A DNA stretch of 64,000 nt from an uncultured Desulfuromonas sp. (GTDB taxonomy: Bacteria > Desulfobacterota > Desulfuromonadia > Desulfuromonadales > Desulfuromonadaceae). The position numbers and the translations under genes are program-made. The notes beneath the pieces were generated by a model, which saw nothing but the letters and a program-made list of their open reading frames with translations, searched no databases and was not told the origin of the DNA. Shown here piece after piece: positions 52,754 through 63,647 of this stretch (the first letter of the stretch is position 1; each line of letters begins with the position of its first letter). The stretch lies in assembly GCA_964536375.1 (NCBI GenBank), contig CAZHXF010000001.1:24107-88106 (forward strand). The letters are read 5' to 3'.

Positions 52754-53374
52754 ATGGCTAATGTAACAGTTTATGATATGCAGAAGAATCAAGTGTCTGA
52801 ACGCGACATCGCTGATGCTGTGTTCAACATTGAAGTGAAGAAGTATTTACTTCACGATATGGTGCGCTACCAGCTAGCAGCACGTCGCCAAGGGACTGCC
52901 GCGACAAAAAATCGTAGTGCGGTTGCCGGTGGCGGTAAGAAACCTTTTAAACAAAAAGGTACAGGCAATGCACGCCAAGGTACAGTCTCTGCACCCAATC
53001 ATGTAGGTGGCGGCACAGCTTTTGGTCCTAGCCCACGTGATTATTCGTTTAAGTTGAATCGTAAGGTTAAGAAAGCAGCTCTTTGTTCAGCGTTGTCAGC
53101 TCGATTCCAAGGAGACAAGCTGACGGTGTTGTCTGGTCTGAATCTTGAAGCAATTAGTACTAAAGGCTTTAAGCAGGTTCTGGATACTTTTGAGATGAAA
53201 AGTGCACTTGTCGTAATAGACGCTGCTAATCCAGAAGTAGAGCTCTCGGCAAGAAATTTACACCGCTTTAAGGTTTTGCGTGCAGATGGTGTAAATGTCT
53301 ATGACGTTCTTAAGTACCCTAATCTGGTTCTGACTGAGAGTGCAGTTGAGCAATTGGAAGGAGCGTTGGCATAA
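52754..53374 (+). CDS. rplD: 50S ribosomal protein L4 (uL4)
   Basis: 206 aa with [18 protein letters not shown] and the expected operon order. Confidence 0.97.
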   Translation: MANVTVYDMQKNQVSERDIADAVFNIEVKKYLLHDMVRYQLAARRQGTAATKNRSAVAGGGKKPFKQKGTGNARQGTVSAPNHVGGGTAFGPSPRDYSFKLNRKVKKAALCSALSARFQGDKLTVLSGLNLEAISTKGFKQVLDTFEMKSALVVIDAANPEVELSARNLHRFKVLRADGVNVYDVLKYPNLVLTESAVEQLEGALA

Positions 53375-53661
53375 TGAAGCCATTGCATCAGATCATTAAG
53401 AAGCCCTTGGTTACTGAGAAGACTGCTCTTCAAAAAGAGGAAGGGCGCGTAGTGGTCTTTGAGGTTGCCAGAGCGGCAAATAAAATCGAGATCAAACAGG
53501 CAATAGAAAAAGCTTTCGACGTTAAAGTTGACGAAGTAAATACCATGATTATTGCAGGTAAGGTCAAGCGCGTTGGTAAGCAGTTCGGCAAACGGCCTAA
53601 TCGTAAAAAAGCATATGTGACACTGGCTGAAGGCAGCAACATAGACTTCTTTGGCGTGTGA
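53374..53661 (+). CDS. rplW: 50S ribosomal protein L23 (uL23)
   Basis: 95 aa with IIKKPLVTEKT. The ATG overlaps the rplD TAA by 1 nt. Confidence 0.96.
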   Translation: MKPLHQIIKKPLVTEKTALQKEEGRVVVFEVARAANKIEIKQAIEKAFDVKVDEVNTMIIAGKVKRVGKQFGKRPNRKKAYVTLAEGSNIDFFGV

Positions 53662-53691
53662 TGTCAGTCTTAGGGATACGGAGTTAGAATA

Positions 53692-54516
53692 ATGGCTATC
53701 AAAAAGTTCAAGCCGACCTCGCCGGGGCGTCGTCACATGACCGCCTCAACCTTTGAGGAGGTAACAACAGCGACCCCTGAAAAGTCACTTTTGGAACCCC
53801 TGACAAAGTCCGGTGGACGGAATAATAACGGGCGCATCACTAAAAGACATACTGGTGGTGGGCATAAACGTAAGTATAGGATCATAGACTTTAAGCGTGA
53901 GAAGAAAGAGATTCCCGCGCGCGTAGTATCTATTGAATACGATCCTAATCGCTCATCTCGTATTGCTTTGTTGACATATGCTGATGGTGAGAAGCGTTAT
54001 ATTCTTGCCCCTGTTGGATTAACTGTCGGTGTTGAGGTTGTTGCCAGTGAAAATGCTGATATTCAGCCTGGTAATGCTATGACAATCCGTTCAATTCCAT
54101 TAGGTACTTGGGTGCATAATGTTGAATTAAAAGCAGGAAAAGGTGGTCAATTGGCACGCAGTGCAGGTGCTTACGCAATGATCGCAGCCAAGGAAGGGCG
54201 TTATGCTCAACTGCGGTTGCCTTCTGGCGAAGTTCGTTTAGTACTGCAAGAGTGCTGTGCAACCATTGGTCAGGTTGGAAATACTGACCATGAAAATGTT
54301 AAAATCGGTAAGGCAGGTCGGAATCGCTGGTTGGGTAAGCGTCCCCAAACTCGTGGTGTTGCCATGAACCCTGTAGATCACCCCCATGGTGGCGGTGAAG
54401 GTAAGAGTTCTGGTGGTCGTCATCCAGTAACACCATGGGGTGTGCCGACTAAAGGTTATAAAACTCGTACCAACAAGCGTACAGATCGTTTTATTGTACG
54501 TCGCCGTAATAAGTAG
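53692..54516 (+). CDS. rplB: 50S ribosomal protein L2 (uL2)
   Basis: [15 protein letters not shown] ... [15 protein letters not shown]. Confidence 0.98.
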   Translation: MAIKKFKPTSPGRRHMTASTFEEVTTATPEKSLLEPLTKSGGRNNNGRITKRHTGGGHKRKYRIIDFKREKKEIPARVVSIEYDPNRSSRIALLTYADGEKRYILAPVGLTVGVEVVASENADIQPGNAMTIRSIPLGTWVHNVELKAGKGGQLARSAGAYAMIAAKEGRYAQLRLPSGEVRLVLQECCATIGQVGNTDHENVKIGKAGRNRWLGKRPQTRGVAMNPVDHPHGGGEGKSSGGRHPVTPWGVPTKGYKTRTNKRTDRFIVRRRNK

Positions 54517-54527
54517 AGGAGAATATC

Positions 54528-54806
54528 GTGGCTAGATCAATTAAAAAAGGACCTTACATTCAAGAGTGTTTGTTGCGTAAGGTTGATTTGGAGGGTGGTA
54601 CTACGGCCAGTAAGGTTATTAAAACTTGGTCTCGCCGCAGCACGATTATTCCTGAGTTCGTTGGGCATACTTTTGCGGTGCATAATGGAAAAAAGTTTTT
54701 GCCTGTTTATGTTTCTGAAAACATGGTAGGTCACAAGCTTGGTGAGTTTGCTCCAACCCGTACATATTACGGTCATGGTGCAGATAAGAAATCCAAGAGA
54801 AAATAA
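54528..54806 (+). CDS. rpsS: 30S ribosomal protein S19 (uS19)
   Basis: ARSIKKGPY ... [16 protein letters not shown] start. Confidence 0.97.
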   Translation: MARSIKKGPYIQECLLRKVDLEGGTTASKVIKTWSRRSTIIPEFVGHTFAVHNGKKFLPVYVSENMVGHKLGEFAPTRTYYGHGADKKSKRK

Positions 54807-54824
54807 TCGCAACGGAGTTCCCGC

Positions 54825-55157
54825 ATGGAAGCAAAAGCGAAATTAAGATATGTCCGCATGTCTGCACAAAAGGCACGTTTAGTTGTAGACATGATACGCG
54901 GCAAAAATGTTCAGGATGCGCTGAATATTTTACGGTTCTCACCCCAAAAGCCAGCAGGAATAGTAGCAGAGATAGTTAAGTCTGCGGTTGCTAATGCAGA
55001 GCAAAAGGGTGTGTCTGATGTTGACGCGATGTACGTAAAAGCAATTACTGTAGACCAAGGTCCAGCGCTGAAGCGCTTTATTCCCAGGGCTCAAGGTCGC
55101 GCCAGTAAAATACGTAAACCGACAAGTCACGTCCAGGTTGTACTGGACGAAAAATAG
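54825..55157 (+). CDS. rplV: 50S ribosomal protein L22 (uL22)
   Basis: 110 aa with [17 protein letters not shown] and the expected operon order. Confidence 0.97.
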   Translation: MEAKAKLRYVRMSAQKARLVVDMIRGKNVQDALNILRFSPQKPAGIVAEIVKSAVANAEQKGVSDVDAMYVKAITVDQGPALKRFIPRAQGRASKIRKPTSHVQVVLDEK

Positions 55158-55177
55158 CCGATCAAGGAGGTGATAGT

Positions 55178-55813
55178 TTGGGCCAGAAAGTTCATCCAAT
55201 AGGTTTTCGCCTGGGTGTTATTAGAACCTGGGAGTCGAAATGGTATGCAGATAGTGATTATGCACAATTTGTGCATGAAGATCTAAAGCTGCGTAATTAC
55301 TTAAAAAAACGTCTTTACCATGCTGGCATTGCTAAGATTGAGATTGAGCGTGCTGCGGGTAAGATGAAATTAAATATCTTTGCTGCACGTCCAGGTATTA
55401 TTATTGGTAAGCGTGGCGCTGAAGTTGAAGCTCTCAAGGTTGAACTGGCCAAACTCACCGACAAAGAGATTTTTCTGAATATTCAGGAAGTCCGTAAGCC
55501 GGAAATGAATGCTCAGTTAGTAGCAGAAGGGGTTGCGTTGCAGTTGGAGCGTCGTGTAGCTTTCCGTCGCGCTATGAAACGCAGCGTTGGTCAAGCACTA
55601 CGTTTTGGAGCCCAGGGCATTAAGATCAATTGTAGTGGTCGTCTTGGTGGTGCAGAGATGAGCCGTACTGAGTGGTATCGTGAAGGTCGAGTGCCATTGC
55701 ATACTATTCGCGCAGATATTGATTATGGTTTTGCTGAGGCAAAAACTACCTACGGTATCATTGGTGTTAAGGTTCTCATCTTCAAAGGTGAAGTTCTTTC
55801 TAGAGAACTTTAA
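55178..55813 (+). CDS. rpsC: 30S ribosomal protein S3 (uS3)
   Basis: [12 protein letters not shown] and a KH domain. The TTG start has AAGGAGG 7 nt upstream. Confidence 0.97.
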   Translation: MGQKVHPIGFRLGVIRTWESKWYADSDYAQFVHEDLKLRNYLKKRLYHAGIAKIEIERAAGKMKLNIFAARPGIIIGKRGAEVEALKVELAKLTDKEIFLNIQEVRKPEMNAQLVAEGVALQLERRVAFRRAMKRSVGQALRFGAQGIKINCSGRLGGAEMSRTEWYREGRVPLHTIRADIDYGFAEAKTTYGIIGVKVLIFKGEVLSREL

Positions 55814-55838
55814 ATTTGTCGAATAGGAGTATGTAGTT

Positions 55839-56264
55839 ATGTTGATGCCTAAGAAGGTTAAACATAGAAAACAGTTTAAAGGTCGCATGAAGGGCGCAGC
55901 AAAGGGAGCTACCGAGATAAATTTTGGTGACTATGGGCTGCAAGCTACAAACCGCGGTTGGTTGTCTTCTCGTCAAATAGAGGCAGCCCGTCGTGCGATG
56001 ACTCGTTATATTAAGCGTGGTGGTAAGATTTGGATCCGGTGTTTTCCTGACAAATCATTGACTCGTAAAGCTGCTGAAACACGTATGGGTAAAGGTAAAG
56101 GTTCTCCTGATAGTTGGGTAGCAGTTATTCGTCCCGGTCAGATTCTTTATGAAATGCAAGGTGTCACAGAAGAGATTGCTCGTGAAGCATTTCGGTTAGC
56201 GGCGCAAAAGCTGCCGATATCCACACAGTTTATCGCTAGAGAGGAGACTTCTAATGACGGCTAA
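55839..56264 (+). CDS. rplP: 50S ribosomal protein L16 (uL16)
   Basis: [19 protein letters not shown] parallels E. coli MLQPKRTKFRKMHKGR. Confidence 0.97.
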   Translation: MLMPKKVKHRKQFKGRMKGAAKGATEINFGDYGLQATNRGWLSSRQIEAARRAMTRYIKRGGKIWIRCFPDKSLTRKAAETRMGKGKGSPDSWVAVIRPGQILYEMQGVTEEIAREAFRLAAQKLPISTQFIAREETSNDG

Positions 56265-56442
56265 GGAATTGGTTGGCTTGAATGTAGAAGAGCTAGAGTC
56301 TAAATCTCTAGAGTTGAGTCAGGAACTTTTTAACCTGAAATTTCAGTTGCACACTGGTCATCTTGAGAATACTTCAAAGATTCCTCAGTTGCGCAAGGAT
56401 ATTGCTCGGGTTAAGACAGTTTTGCAGCAGAAAATTGCGTAA
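56254..56442 (+). CDS. rpmC: 50S ribosomal protein L29 (uL29)
   Basis: 62 aa with AKEL...EELFNLKFQ. It overlaps the rplP 3' end by 11 nt. Confidence 0.95.
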   Translation: MTAKELVGLNVEELESKSLELSQELFNLKFQLHTGHLENTSKIPQLRKDIARVKTVLQQKIA

Positions 56443-56463
56443 TAGGGTGTTGAGGTGAGCAAT

Positions 56464-56724
56464 ATGGGAACAGAGCATCGGAACAAGAAGAAGCTGGTAG
56501 GAACTGTTACCAGTGATAAGATGGACAAAACAGTCGTGGTTACGGTAGATACATTGGTAAAACATCCGGTGTACAAGAAATACCTGAAGCGCAGCACAAA
56601 ATATAAAGCACATGATGAGCTGAACAAGTGTGCTATTGGTGATAAGGTGGTTCTTACTGAAGCGCGACCTCTGTCTCGTGATAAACGCTGGCGTGTCAGT
56701 GAAATTATTGATAAAACGCTGTAG
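56464..56724 (+). CDS. rpsQ: 30S ribosomal protein S17 (uS17)
   Basis: LVGTVTSDKMDKTVVV...HPVYKKY. The ATG at 56464 follows the GAGGTGA RBS. The track GTG at 56455 lies inside that RBS. Confidence 0.95.
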   Translation: MGTEHRNKKKLVGTVTSDKMDKTVVVTVDTLVKHPVYKKYLKRSTKYKAHDELNKCAIGDKVVLTEARPLSRDKRWRVSEIIDKTL

Positions 56725-56739
56725 GCTGGGAGATCGATA

Positions 56740-57108
56740 ATGATTCAAATGCAAACCGTACTTGATGTAGCAGATAATTCCGGAGCTCGGAAGTTGTGCT
56801 GTATCAAGGTTTTGGGTGGCTCCAAGAGAAAATATGCAGGACTGGGTGATATTATTGTCTGTTCTGTTCGTGAGGCTATGCCCAACTCAAAAGTAAAAAA
56901 AGGTGATGTAATTCGTGCGGTCATCGTAAGAACCGCCAAGGAGGTAGCTCGCCCTGATGGGTCACGCATCCGCTTTGATAAGAATTCTGCTGTTGTTGTT
57001 AATGCTGCCGGAGAGCCAGTAGGTACTCGTATCTTTGGTCCTGTTGCACGTGAGTTGCGTGCGCGGCGTTTTATGAAAATCGTATCGCTGGCACCTGAGG
57101 TGCTTTGA
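56740..57108 (+). CDS. rplN: 50S ribosomal protein L14 (uL14)
   Basis: [18 protein letters not shown] parallels E. coli [18 protein letters not shown]. Confidence 0.98.
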   Translation: MIQMQTVLDVADNSGARKLCCIKVLGGSKRKYAGLGDIIVCSVREAMPNSKVKKGDVIRAVIVRTAKEVARPDGSRIRFDKNSAVVVNAAGEPVGTRIFGPVARELRARRFMKIVSLAPEVL

Positions 57109-57130
57109 TACGGCCTGGAGATTATCAGAA

Positions 57131-57460
57131 ATGGCTGTAAAAAAGTTTCATGTTAAAAAAGGCGATCTGGTTCAGGTGATGGCTGGTAAAGAAAAGGGCA
57201 AGCAAGGTAAAGTGCTTGGTGTTTTCTTTACTAAGAATCGCCTTACGGTTGAAAACCTAAATATTGTAAAACGTCACACGCGCCCTTCTAGGCAAAATCA
57301 AGAAGGTGGCATTGTCGAGAAAGAGGCCGCAGTTACTGCTTCTAATGTCATGCTCGTATGTAGTTCTTGCAATAAGCCAACTCGTACCGGAATGAGGGTG
57401 CTGGAAGACGGCAAAAAGACTCGTTTCTGCAAAAAATGCAACGAGAACATTGACAGGTAA
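57131..57460 (+). CDS. rplX: 50S ribosomal protein L24 (uL24), Cys4 variant
   Basis: KOW motif [20 protein letters not shown]. The C-terminal part carries CSSC (C77/C80) and CKKC (C100/C103). Confidence 0.96.
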   Translation: MAVKKFHVKKGDLVQVMAGKEKGKQGKVLGVFFTKNRLTVENLNIVKRHTRPSRQNQEGGIVEKEAAVTASNVMLVCSSCNKPTRTGMRVLEDGKKTRFCKKCNENIDR

Positions 57461-57471
57461 TGGAGATTCAA

Positions 57472-58011
57472 ATGGCCAGGTTAAAAGATAGATACAATGA
57501 TGAACTGGCACCAAAGCTGCTGAAGGAACTTCAACTTAGTAATGTTATGGAAGTTCCTCGGGTAGAAAAGGTGGTTGTTAATATGGGTATCGGTGAGGCT
57601 ATCCAAAATATCAAATTGTTGGAATCAGCCGTAGAAGAGATGACTAAAATCACCGGGCAGAAGCCAGTAATCACTAAAGCAAAGAAATCTATTGCGGGAT
57701 TTAAGTTACGCGAAGAGATGCCAATTGGCTGTATGGTTACTTTGCGCCGCGATCGTGCCTACGAGTTTCTTGATCGCCTGATCAACATTGCCCTACCACG
57801 GGTTCGTGACTTTAAGGGGGTTTCTCCTAAGGCTTTTGATGGTCGTGGTAATTATACATTGGGTATTCGGGAGCAAATTATTTTCCCTGAAATCGATTTA
57901 GAAGAAATTGCTAAAATCGGTGGTATGAATATCTCGATTGTAACCTCTGCTGCAACAGATGAGCAAGGTAGAGCGCTGTTAACAGAATTTGGGATGCCAT
58001 TCAAGAAGTAA
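57472..58011 (+). CDS. rplE: 50S ribosomal protein L5 (uL5)
   Basis: [20 protein letters not shown] parallels E. coli MAKLHDYYKDEVVKKL. GGAG lies 6 nt upstream. The track start at 57460 adds MEIQ. Confidence 0.97.
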   Translation: MARLKDRYNDELAPKLLKELQLSNVMEVPRVEKVVVNMGIGEAIQNIKLLESAVEEMTKITGQKPVITKAKKSIAGFKLREEMPIGCMVTLRRDRAYEFLDRLINIALPRVRDFKGVSPKAFDGRGNYTLGIREQIIFPEIDLEEIAKIGGMNISIVTSAATDEQGRALLTEFGMPFKK

Positions 58012-58033
58012 ATAGGCTATATCGGAGGAAATT

Positions 58034-58219
58034 GTGGCAAAAAAATCAATGATAGTAAAGGCAGCACGTACGCAGAAATTTAAGGTCAGGCAGAATAATC
58101 GCTGTCCTCTGTGTGGACGTCCACGCGCTTATTATCGTAAGTTTAATATGTGTCGGATTTGCTTGCGCAAATTAGCGCTAGAAGGTAAGCTTCCTGGCGT
58201 TTTGAAATCTAGTTGGTAG
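58034..58219 (+). CDS. rpsN: 30S ribosomal protein S14 type Z (zinc-binding, 61 aa)
   Basis: The short form has CPLCGRP...CRIC, a Cys4 zinc motif. Confidence 0.96.
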   Translation: MAKKSMIVKAARTQKFKVRQNNRCPLCGRPRAYYRKFNMCRICLRKLALEGKLPGVLKSSW

Positions 58220-58240
58220 AAAGTACAAGGAGATGGATCC

Positions 58241-58639
58241 ATGGCAATGACCGATCCTATTTCGGATATGCTGACTCGCATTCGCAATGCGGGTATGGCC
58301 AAGCACCAGAAAATGGAAATGCCAGCTAGTAAGATAAAGTTGGCTTTAGCTGGGGTGCTAAAAGAGCAGGGTTATATTAAGAACTTCAAGTTCATCAATG
58401 AGGGTGTTCAAGGTGTTCTGCGTATTTACCTGAAATTTGACAGTAAAAATATTCATGTTATTCATGAAATTAAACGTGAATCAAAACCTGGTCGGCGTTT
58501 GTATGTTAGCGCAGACGATATACCTAAAGTTAAGAATGGTTTAGGCTGTGCTATCGTGTCCACATCACATGGCGTTATGTCCGATGTTGCGGCTCGTGAA
58601 GCCAAGGTCGGTGGCGAACTGGTCTGCACCGTTTGGTAA
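58241..58639 (+). CDS. rpsH: 30S ribosomal protein S8 (uS8)
   Basis: [15 protein letters not shown] is the canonical S8 N-terminus. Confidence 0.98.
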   Translation: MAMTDPISDMLTRIRNAGMAKHQKMEMPASKIKLALAGVLKEQGYIKNFKFINEGVQGVLRIYLKFDSKNIHVIHEIKRESKPGRRLYVSADDIPKVKNGLGCAIVSTSHGVMSDVAAREAKVGGELVCTVW

Positions 58640-58660
58640 TTAGAGTGAGGAGTGTAGACA

Positions 58661-59197
58661 ATGTCTAGAATTGGTAAAAAGCCTATTCAAATACCTAGCG
58701 GCGTTACTGTTGACCTGAAAAGTGATCACATTAGTGTCAAAGGTCCTAAGGGGCAACTAGAGCGCAACATCCCCGTGAATGTATTGGTTTCGATGGAAGC
58801 TGAAACAATAAATGTAGCGCTTGTCGAAAGTGTACGTGTTAATACTGCAATGCAGGGACTGTATCGTTCCTTGATCGCCAATATGGTTAATGGCGTTTCA
58901 ACCGGTTTTTCTAAGATTCTTGAAATCAATGGTGTAGGTTATCGCGCTGATGTTAAAGGGTCTGTACTGAATTTAGCTCTTGGATATTCACACCCTGTTG
59001 AATATCAACTGCCGGATGGTATAACCGTAGATGTGGAAAAGCAAACACGTCTTACTGTTAGCGGTGTCGACAAGGAATTGGTCGGAGCAACCGCAGCCAA
59101 GATTCGTTCGTTTCGTGAACCAGAGCCTTATAAGGGTAAAGGTATCAAGTATTCTGATGAGCGTATTTTGCGTAAAGCAGGTAAGACAGGTAAGTAA
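58661..59197 (+). CDS. rplF: 50S ribosomal protein L6 (uL6)
   Basis: [15 protein letters not shown] ... YKGKGI.Y. Confidence 0.97.
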   Translation: MSRIGKKPIQIPSGVTVDLKSDHISVKGPKGQLERNIPVNVLVSMEAETINVALVESVRVNTAMQGLYRSLIANMVNGVSTGFSKILEINGVGYRADVKGSVLNLALGYSHPVEYQLPDGITVDVEKQTRLTVSGVDKELVGATAAKIRSFREPEPYKGKGIKYSDERILRKAGKTGK

Positions 59198-59221
59198 TTA
59201 ATTAAATACGGGAGAAATAAA

Positions 59222-59590
59222 GTGGCTGGCGTAATATCAAGAGCGGAAGCAAGAAAAAGACGGCAAACGCGAGTGCGTCGTAAAGTGGTTGGAACCTCAG
59301 AGCGTCCACGTCTTTGTGTCTTCCGTAGTACAAAGCACATATATGCACAGATTATAGAGGATGCCACTGGGACTTCGTTAGTATCTGCATCTACTCAATG
59401 TCCTGGTGTTGTTGAGGGTGTAGCTTACGCAGGTAATATTTCTGCTGCGAAGGCTGTCGGTGCTGCTGTTGCCAAAAAAGCCCTAGAGATGAATATCAAA
59501 GGGGTAGTTTTTGATCGCAATGGTTTTATTTATCATGGCCGTATTAAGGCCCTGGCTGATGCTGCGCGTGAAGCCGGACTTGAGTTTTAA
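59222..59590 (+). CDS. rplR: 50S ribosomal protein L18 (uL18)
   Basis: [12 protein letters not shown]...[19 protein letters not shown] start. Confidence 0.96.
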   Translation: MAGVISRAEARKRRQTRVRRKVVGTSERPRLCVFRSTKHIYAQIIEDATGTSLVSASTQCPGVVEGVAYAGNISAAKAVGAAVAKKALEMNIKGVVFDRNGFIYHGRIKALADAAREAGLEF

Positions 59591-59607
59591 TTAGATTGGA
59601 GGGTCCT

Positions 59608-60093
59608 TTGCATCGCAATGAGCCAAATGAAACAGAGATGATTGACCGCGTCATTCATATTAACCGCTGCTCAAAGGTGGTTAAAGGTGGTCGTCGGTTT
59701 AGTTTTTCAGCCTTGGTTGTTGTCGGAGACGGTAACGGTCATGTAGGTTATGGGCACGGTAAAGCAAAAGAAGTGCCAGAAGCAATTCGTAAGGGTGTAG
59801 AAAAAGCTAAAAAAAGTATGATTACGGTACCGCTAGATGATCGTACCATTCCATATGATGTGCTGGGCCATTATGGTGCAGGGCGTGTATTGCTTAAGCC
59901 GGCATCAAAAGGTACTGGTGTTATAGCTGGTGGACCTGCCCGTGCAGTACTTGAGGCGGCTGGCGTAGGCGATATCTTGTCAAAGTGTCTGGGTTCCAAC
60001 AATCCACACAACGTAGTAAAGGCAACTATTGATGCTCTGTGCCAGTTACGTAGTGCCAGTGAGATTAAATCACGGCGTGGAATAATTGCATAA
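59608..60093 (+). CDS. rpsE: 30S ribosomal protein S5 (uS5)
   Basis: [36 protein letters not shown]. The start is uncertain: TTG at 59596, TTG at 59608 (after GGAGGG) or ATG at 59638. Confidence 0.93.
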   Translation: MHRNEPNETEMIDRVIHINRCSKVVKGGRRFSFSALVVVGDGNGHVGYGHGKAKEVPEAIRKGVEKAKKSMITVPLDDRTIPYDVLGHYGAGRVLLKPASKGTGVIAGGPARAVLEAAGVGDILSKCLGSNNPHNVVKATIDALCQLRSASEIKSRRGIIA

Positions 60094-60117
60094 ACTGCCG
60101 TATAGCTGGAGATAACG

Positions 60118-60300
60118 ATGGCTAAACAAATAAATGTAACTCTTAAGAAAAGTGGTATTGGTCGCCCAGAGTATTTTACTAAGGTTTTAAAGGGCCTGGG
60201 TCTTACTAAACTCAATAAGACTGTGTTGCTTCAAGATACACCAGAAATTCGTGGCATGGTTCATAAAGTGTGTCATATGGTAGTAGTTGAAGAAGCCTAA
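60118..60300 (+). CDS. rpmD: 50S ribosomal protein L30 (uL30)
   Basis: 60 aa with [15 protein letters not shown] and the expected operon order. Confidence 0.95.
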   Translation: MAKQINVTLKKSGIGRPEYFTKVLKGLGLTKLNKTVLLQDTPEIRGMVHKVCHMVVVEEA

Positions 60301-60314
60301 ATAGGATAAAGATA

Positions 60315-60755
60315 ATGGATCTGAGTAATTTGAGTCCCGCACCGGGATCTGTAGGAAAAAATAAGCGCCTTGGTCGTGGCGCCGGTTCTGGCACAGGCAA
60401 GACTTCAGGGCGTGGTCATAAGGGTCAAAACTCACGCTCAGGCGGTGGTGTTAAGCCTGGTTTTGAGGGTGGACAAATGCCGTTGCAGCGTCGTTTGCCA
60501 AAGCGTGGTTTTACATCGTTGAATAAGAAAATTTATTCATTAGTTAACTTGCGTGATTTGGATACTTTTGAAAATGACTCGGTTGTTGATCCAGAGATGT
60601 TGATAACTGCTGGATTTGTCAAATGTATTCAAGACGGTGTGAAAATTCTGGCTGATGGTGAATTAACAAAAAAAATCACCGTTAAAGCTCATAAATTCAG
60701 CAAGGCGGCAACAGCACAGATTGAAGCTGTTGGCGGTAGCGTTGAGGTTTTATAA
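60315..60755 (+). CDS. rplO: 50S ribosomal protein L15 (uL15)
   Basis: [26 protein letters not shown] is a Gly-rich N-terminus typical of L15. Confidence 0.96.
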   Translation: MDLSNLSPAPGSVGKNKRLGRGAGSGTGKTSGRGHKGQNSRSGGGVKPGFEGGQMPLQRRLPKRGFTSLNKKIYSLVNLRDLDTFENDSVVDPEMLITAGFVKCIQDGVKILADGELTKKITVKAHKFSKAATAQIEAVGGSVEVL

Positions 60756-60757
60756 AA

Positions 60758-62068
60758 TTGTTTAAAAGTCTGCAAAATATTTTTAATATAGCAGAATTGC
60801 GTCAACGTATTTTATTTACTATGTTGATGCTGGCTGTCTATCGTGTTGGTTGCCATATCCCCACTCCGGGGATTAATGGTCAGGTTCTGGCGAGCTTTTT
60901 TGAAGGTAGCCAGGGTAACTTGCTTGGGCTGGTAAGTGCTTTTACCGGTGGCGCTTTGGAGCGCATGACGGTATTTGCCCTTGGAATAATGCCTTACATC
61001 AGCGCTTCAATTATTTTGCAGTTATTAACGGTAGTTTTTGAGCCGGTTGAGCGTTTGTCAAAAGAGGGTGAGCAGGGGCGTAAGGTTATTACACGCTGGA
61101 CACGCTATGGCACTATAGCTCTGTCTATTGTGCAGGGTGCAGGTATTGCAGTTGGTCTGCAGTCTATGACTGGTCCGGCTGGTGATCCGGTTGTTCCTTG
61201 TCCTGGGCTGGGTTTTATTCTGTTGACGATTATCACATTAACCGCCGGTACCGCTTTTATCATGTGGATTGGTGAACAGGTAACCGAACGTGGGGTAGGC
61301 AACGGTATCTCACTGATCATTTTTGCTGGTATCGTAGCTAATTTGCCCTCAGCAATATTGAACTCAGTGCGCTTGTTGCGTACCGGAGCTCTTGCACCTG
61401 TTACTATGTTGTTTTTATTTGTAGTCATGATCATTGTCGTAATGGCGATTGTTTTCATGGAACGCGCCCAGCGGCGCGTCCCCATCCATTACGCTAAACG
61501 TGTAGTAGGTATGCGTAATCATGGTGGGCAATCAAGCCACTTACCGTTAAAAATAAATATGAGTGGTGTAATACCGCCTATCTTTGCAAGTTCTATTATT
61601 ATGTTTCCCGCAACAATTGCAAACTTTGTAGATGTGCCTTGGGTACAAAAGATTGCTGGATTGATGACACCCAGTCATTGGTTGTATAATGTCTTTTTTG
61701 TTGCTTTTATAGTTTTCTTCTGTTACTTCTACACAGCTGTGACATTTAATCCCGTTGATGTAGCAGAAAACGTCAAGAATCAAGGTGGTTATATTCCTGG
61801 GGTGCGTCCTGGAAAGCCAACATCAGAATATTTAGATGTTGTTTTAAGTCGACTTACTTTTGCAGGCGCGATCTATGTGTCTGTGGTTTGTGTGTTGCCT
61901 ACTTTGTTGATTGGTCAATTTAATGTACCATTCTACTTTGGTGGGACTTCATTACTTATCGTTGTTGGGGTAGGTTTAGATACTGCATCGCAAATTGAAT
62001 CACACTTGATTTCACGTTCTTATGAAGGATTTATGCGTGGTGCGACCATAAAGGGACGCCGCGGGTAG
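60758..62068 (+). CDS. secY: Preprotein translocase subunit SecY
   Basis: 436 aa with 10 predicted TM segments. It has ELRQRILFT and GIMPYISASIILQLL. The TTG start lies 2 nt after the rplO stop. Confidence 0.97.
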   Translation: MFKSLQNIFNIAELRQRILFTMLMLAVYRVGCHIPTPGINGQVLASFFEGSQGNLLGLVSAFTGGALERMTVFALGIMPYISASIILQLLTVVFEPVERLSKEGEQGRKVITRWTRYGTIALSIVQGAGIAVGLQSMTGPAGDPVVPCPGLGFILLTIITLTAGTAFIMWIGEQVTERGVGNGISLIIFAGIVANLPSAILNSVRLLRTGALAPVTMLFLFVVMIIVVMAIVFMERAQRRVPIHYAKRVVGMRNHGGQSSHLPLKINMSGVIPPIFASSIIMFPATIANFVDVPWVQKIAGLMTPSHWLYNVFFVAFIVFFCYFYTAVTFNPVDVAENVKNQGGYIPGVRPGKPTSEYLDVVLSRLTFAGAIYVSVVCVLPTLLIGQFNVPFYFGGTSLLIVVGVGLDTASQIESHLISRSYEGFMRGATIKGRRG

Positions 62069-62086
62069 TAGAGAGATAATATAGCT

Positions 62087-62737
62087 ATGAAATTGATTTT
62101 GCTTGGACCGCCGGGGGCTGGAAAAGGTACGCAGGCAAAGATGCTGGTAGAGCGTTACTCAGTACCACAAATTTCTACTGGTGACATATTGCGTGCGGCA
62201 GTTAAAGAAGGTACGCCTATGGGCGTAAAGGCTAGGTCTTGTATGGACTCTGGTGCTTTGGTTCCCGATGAAGTTGTGGTTGGCATTGTAGAAGAGCGCT
62301 TGCAAAAATCAGATTGTGAATCTGGGTTTGTCCTTGATGGTTTTCCACGTACGCTACCCCAGGCTGATGCATTAGCTGATACCTTGGTCGCACTTGGTAA
62401 AGATATCGATGCAGTTATCTCATTAGATGTAGATATTGAGGTGCTGGTTGCTCGTTTAGTAGGTCGGCGGACTTGTGCGGGCTGTGGTGCTGGTTATCAT
62501 GTTAATTATGATCCCCCTGCGCAAGATGGTATTTGCGACAAGTGTGGTGAGTGTTTGGTTCAGCGTCAAGATGATAAAGAGTCAACAATAAGAAATCGTA
62601 TGGCTGTTTATGATGAGCAAACATCTCCTCTGGTTGATTATTACCGTTCAGCAGGTTTGCTGAAATCGGTAGATGGGATGCAGCCAATAGGCGTGGTCTG
62701 GTCGGAGATACAGGCAATTCTTAAGGGTTTTGAGTGA
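62087..62737 (+). CDS. adk: Adenylate kinase (Cys4 zinc-lid type)
   Basis: P-loop GPPGAGKGTQ. The lid has CAGC...CDKC. Confidence 0.97.
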   Translation: MKLILLGPPGAGKGTQAKMLVERYSVPQISTGDILRAAVKEGTPMGVKARSCMDSGALVPDEVVVGIVEERLQKSDCESGFVLDGFPRTLPQADALADTLVALGKDIDAVISLDVDIEVLVARLVGRRTCAGCGAGYHVNYDPPAQDGICDKCGECLVQRQDDKESTIRNRMAVYDEQTSPLVDYYRSAGLLKSVDGMQPIGVVWSEIQAILKGFE

Positions 62738-63480
62738 TAATTATTAAAAGCCCTCAAGAAATAGCTAGGATGCGCGTCCCATGTTTGATGGTCGCTGAGA
62801 TACTTGATGAGCTAAGTGCGGCAGTTGCCCCGGGGGTAACAACAAAGGAATTAAATACGCAAGCGCTTGATGCGTGCAAGAAACGCAAGGCAGTTGCGGC
62901 TTTTAAGGGCTATTCCGGTTTTCCTTTTGCGATATGTTCTTCACCTAATGACACCATAGTTCATGGATTTGCAACCGATGTGCCTTTAGCTGATGGAGAT
63001 ATCCTGAGTATAGACTTTGGAGTACTTTTTGATGGTTTTTATGGCGATTCAGCAGTGACGGTTCCTGTTGGTTGCGTCAGTGAAGACCGTAAGCGGTTGG
63101 TCGATGTAACTAGGAAAGCATTGTATGCTGGTATCAATGTTGTTGCTCCTGGTGTGCATTTATCAGATATTTCACACGCAGTACAGTGTGTAGCAGAAGA
63201 AGCTGGGTATAGTGTGGTGCGTGAATTTGTTGGGCATGGAATCGGACGTGCCTTGCATGAGGACCCGCAAGTACCCAATTATGGTAAACCGGGTGTGGGA
63301 CCGATTCTGAAGCCTGGAATGGTTTTGGCTATTGAACCGATGGTAAATGCAGGTAGTCATCAAGTGAAAATTCTTGATGATGGCTGGACTGCAGTGACTA
63401 AAGACGGTAGTCGTTCGGCACATTTCGAACATTCGGTTGCTGTAACTGATGATGGCTTCGAAATATTGACGAGTTTGTAG
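62734..63480 (+). CDS. map: Type I methionine aminopeptidase
   Basis: Metal ligands lie in the contexts [20 protein letters not shown] and LAIEP..., with H..EH near the C-terminus. The GTG start overlaps the adk TGA (GTGA). Confidence 0.96.
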   Translation: MIIIKSPQEIARMRVPCLMVAEILDELSAAVAPGVTTKELNTQALDACKKRKAVAAFKGYSGFPFAICSSPNDTIVHGFATDVPLADGDILSIDFGVLFDGFYGDSAVTVPVGCVSEDRKRLVDVTRKALYAGINVVAPGVHLSDISHAVQCVAEEAGYSVVREFVGHGIGRALHEDPQVPNYGKPGVGPILKPGMVLAIEPMVNAGSHQVKILDDGWTAVTKDGSRSAHFEHSVAVTDDGFEILTSL

Positions 63481-63515
63481 TTCTGAATGTTACTAGTATT
63501 TTATTGAGGTTGGTT

Positions 63516-63629
63516 ATGAAAGTTCGTGCGTCAGTCAAAACAATTTGTGATAAATGCAAAGTTATTAAGCGTAAGGGTGTTTTGCGTGTTATTTGTGAAA
63601 ACCCTAAACATAAGCAGAGACAGGGTTAA
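63516..63629 (+). CDS. rpmJ: 50S ribosomal protein L36 (bL36), zinc-binding form
   Basis: This 37-aa ORF is below the track cutoff. It translates as [37 protein letters not shown]. Confidence 0.93.
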   Translation: MKVRASVKTICDKCKVIKRKGVLRVICENPKHKQRQG

Positions 63630-63647
63630 AACTGGGAGGATATTAAG

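Noticed and set aside
63481-63515. Absence of infA between map and rpmJ
   Set aside because: Only 35 nt separate map and rpmJ, so no IF-1 gene is hidden here. The location of infA varies among bacteria (it lies elsewhere in E. coli). This is normal variation, not a deletion signal.
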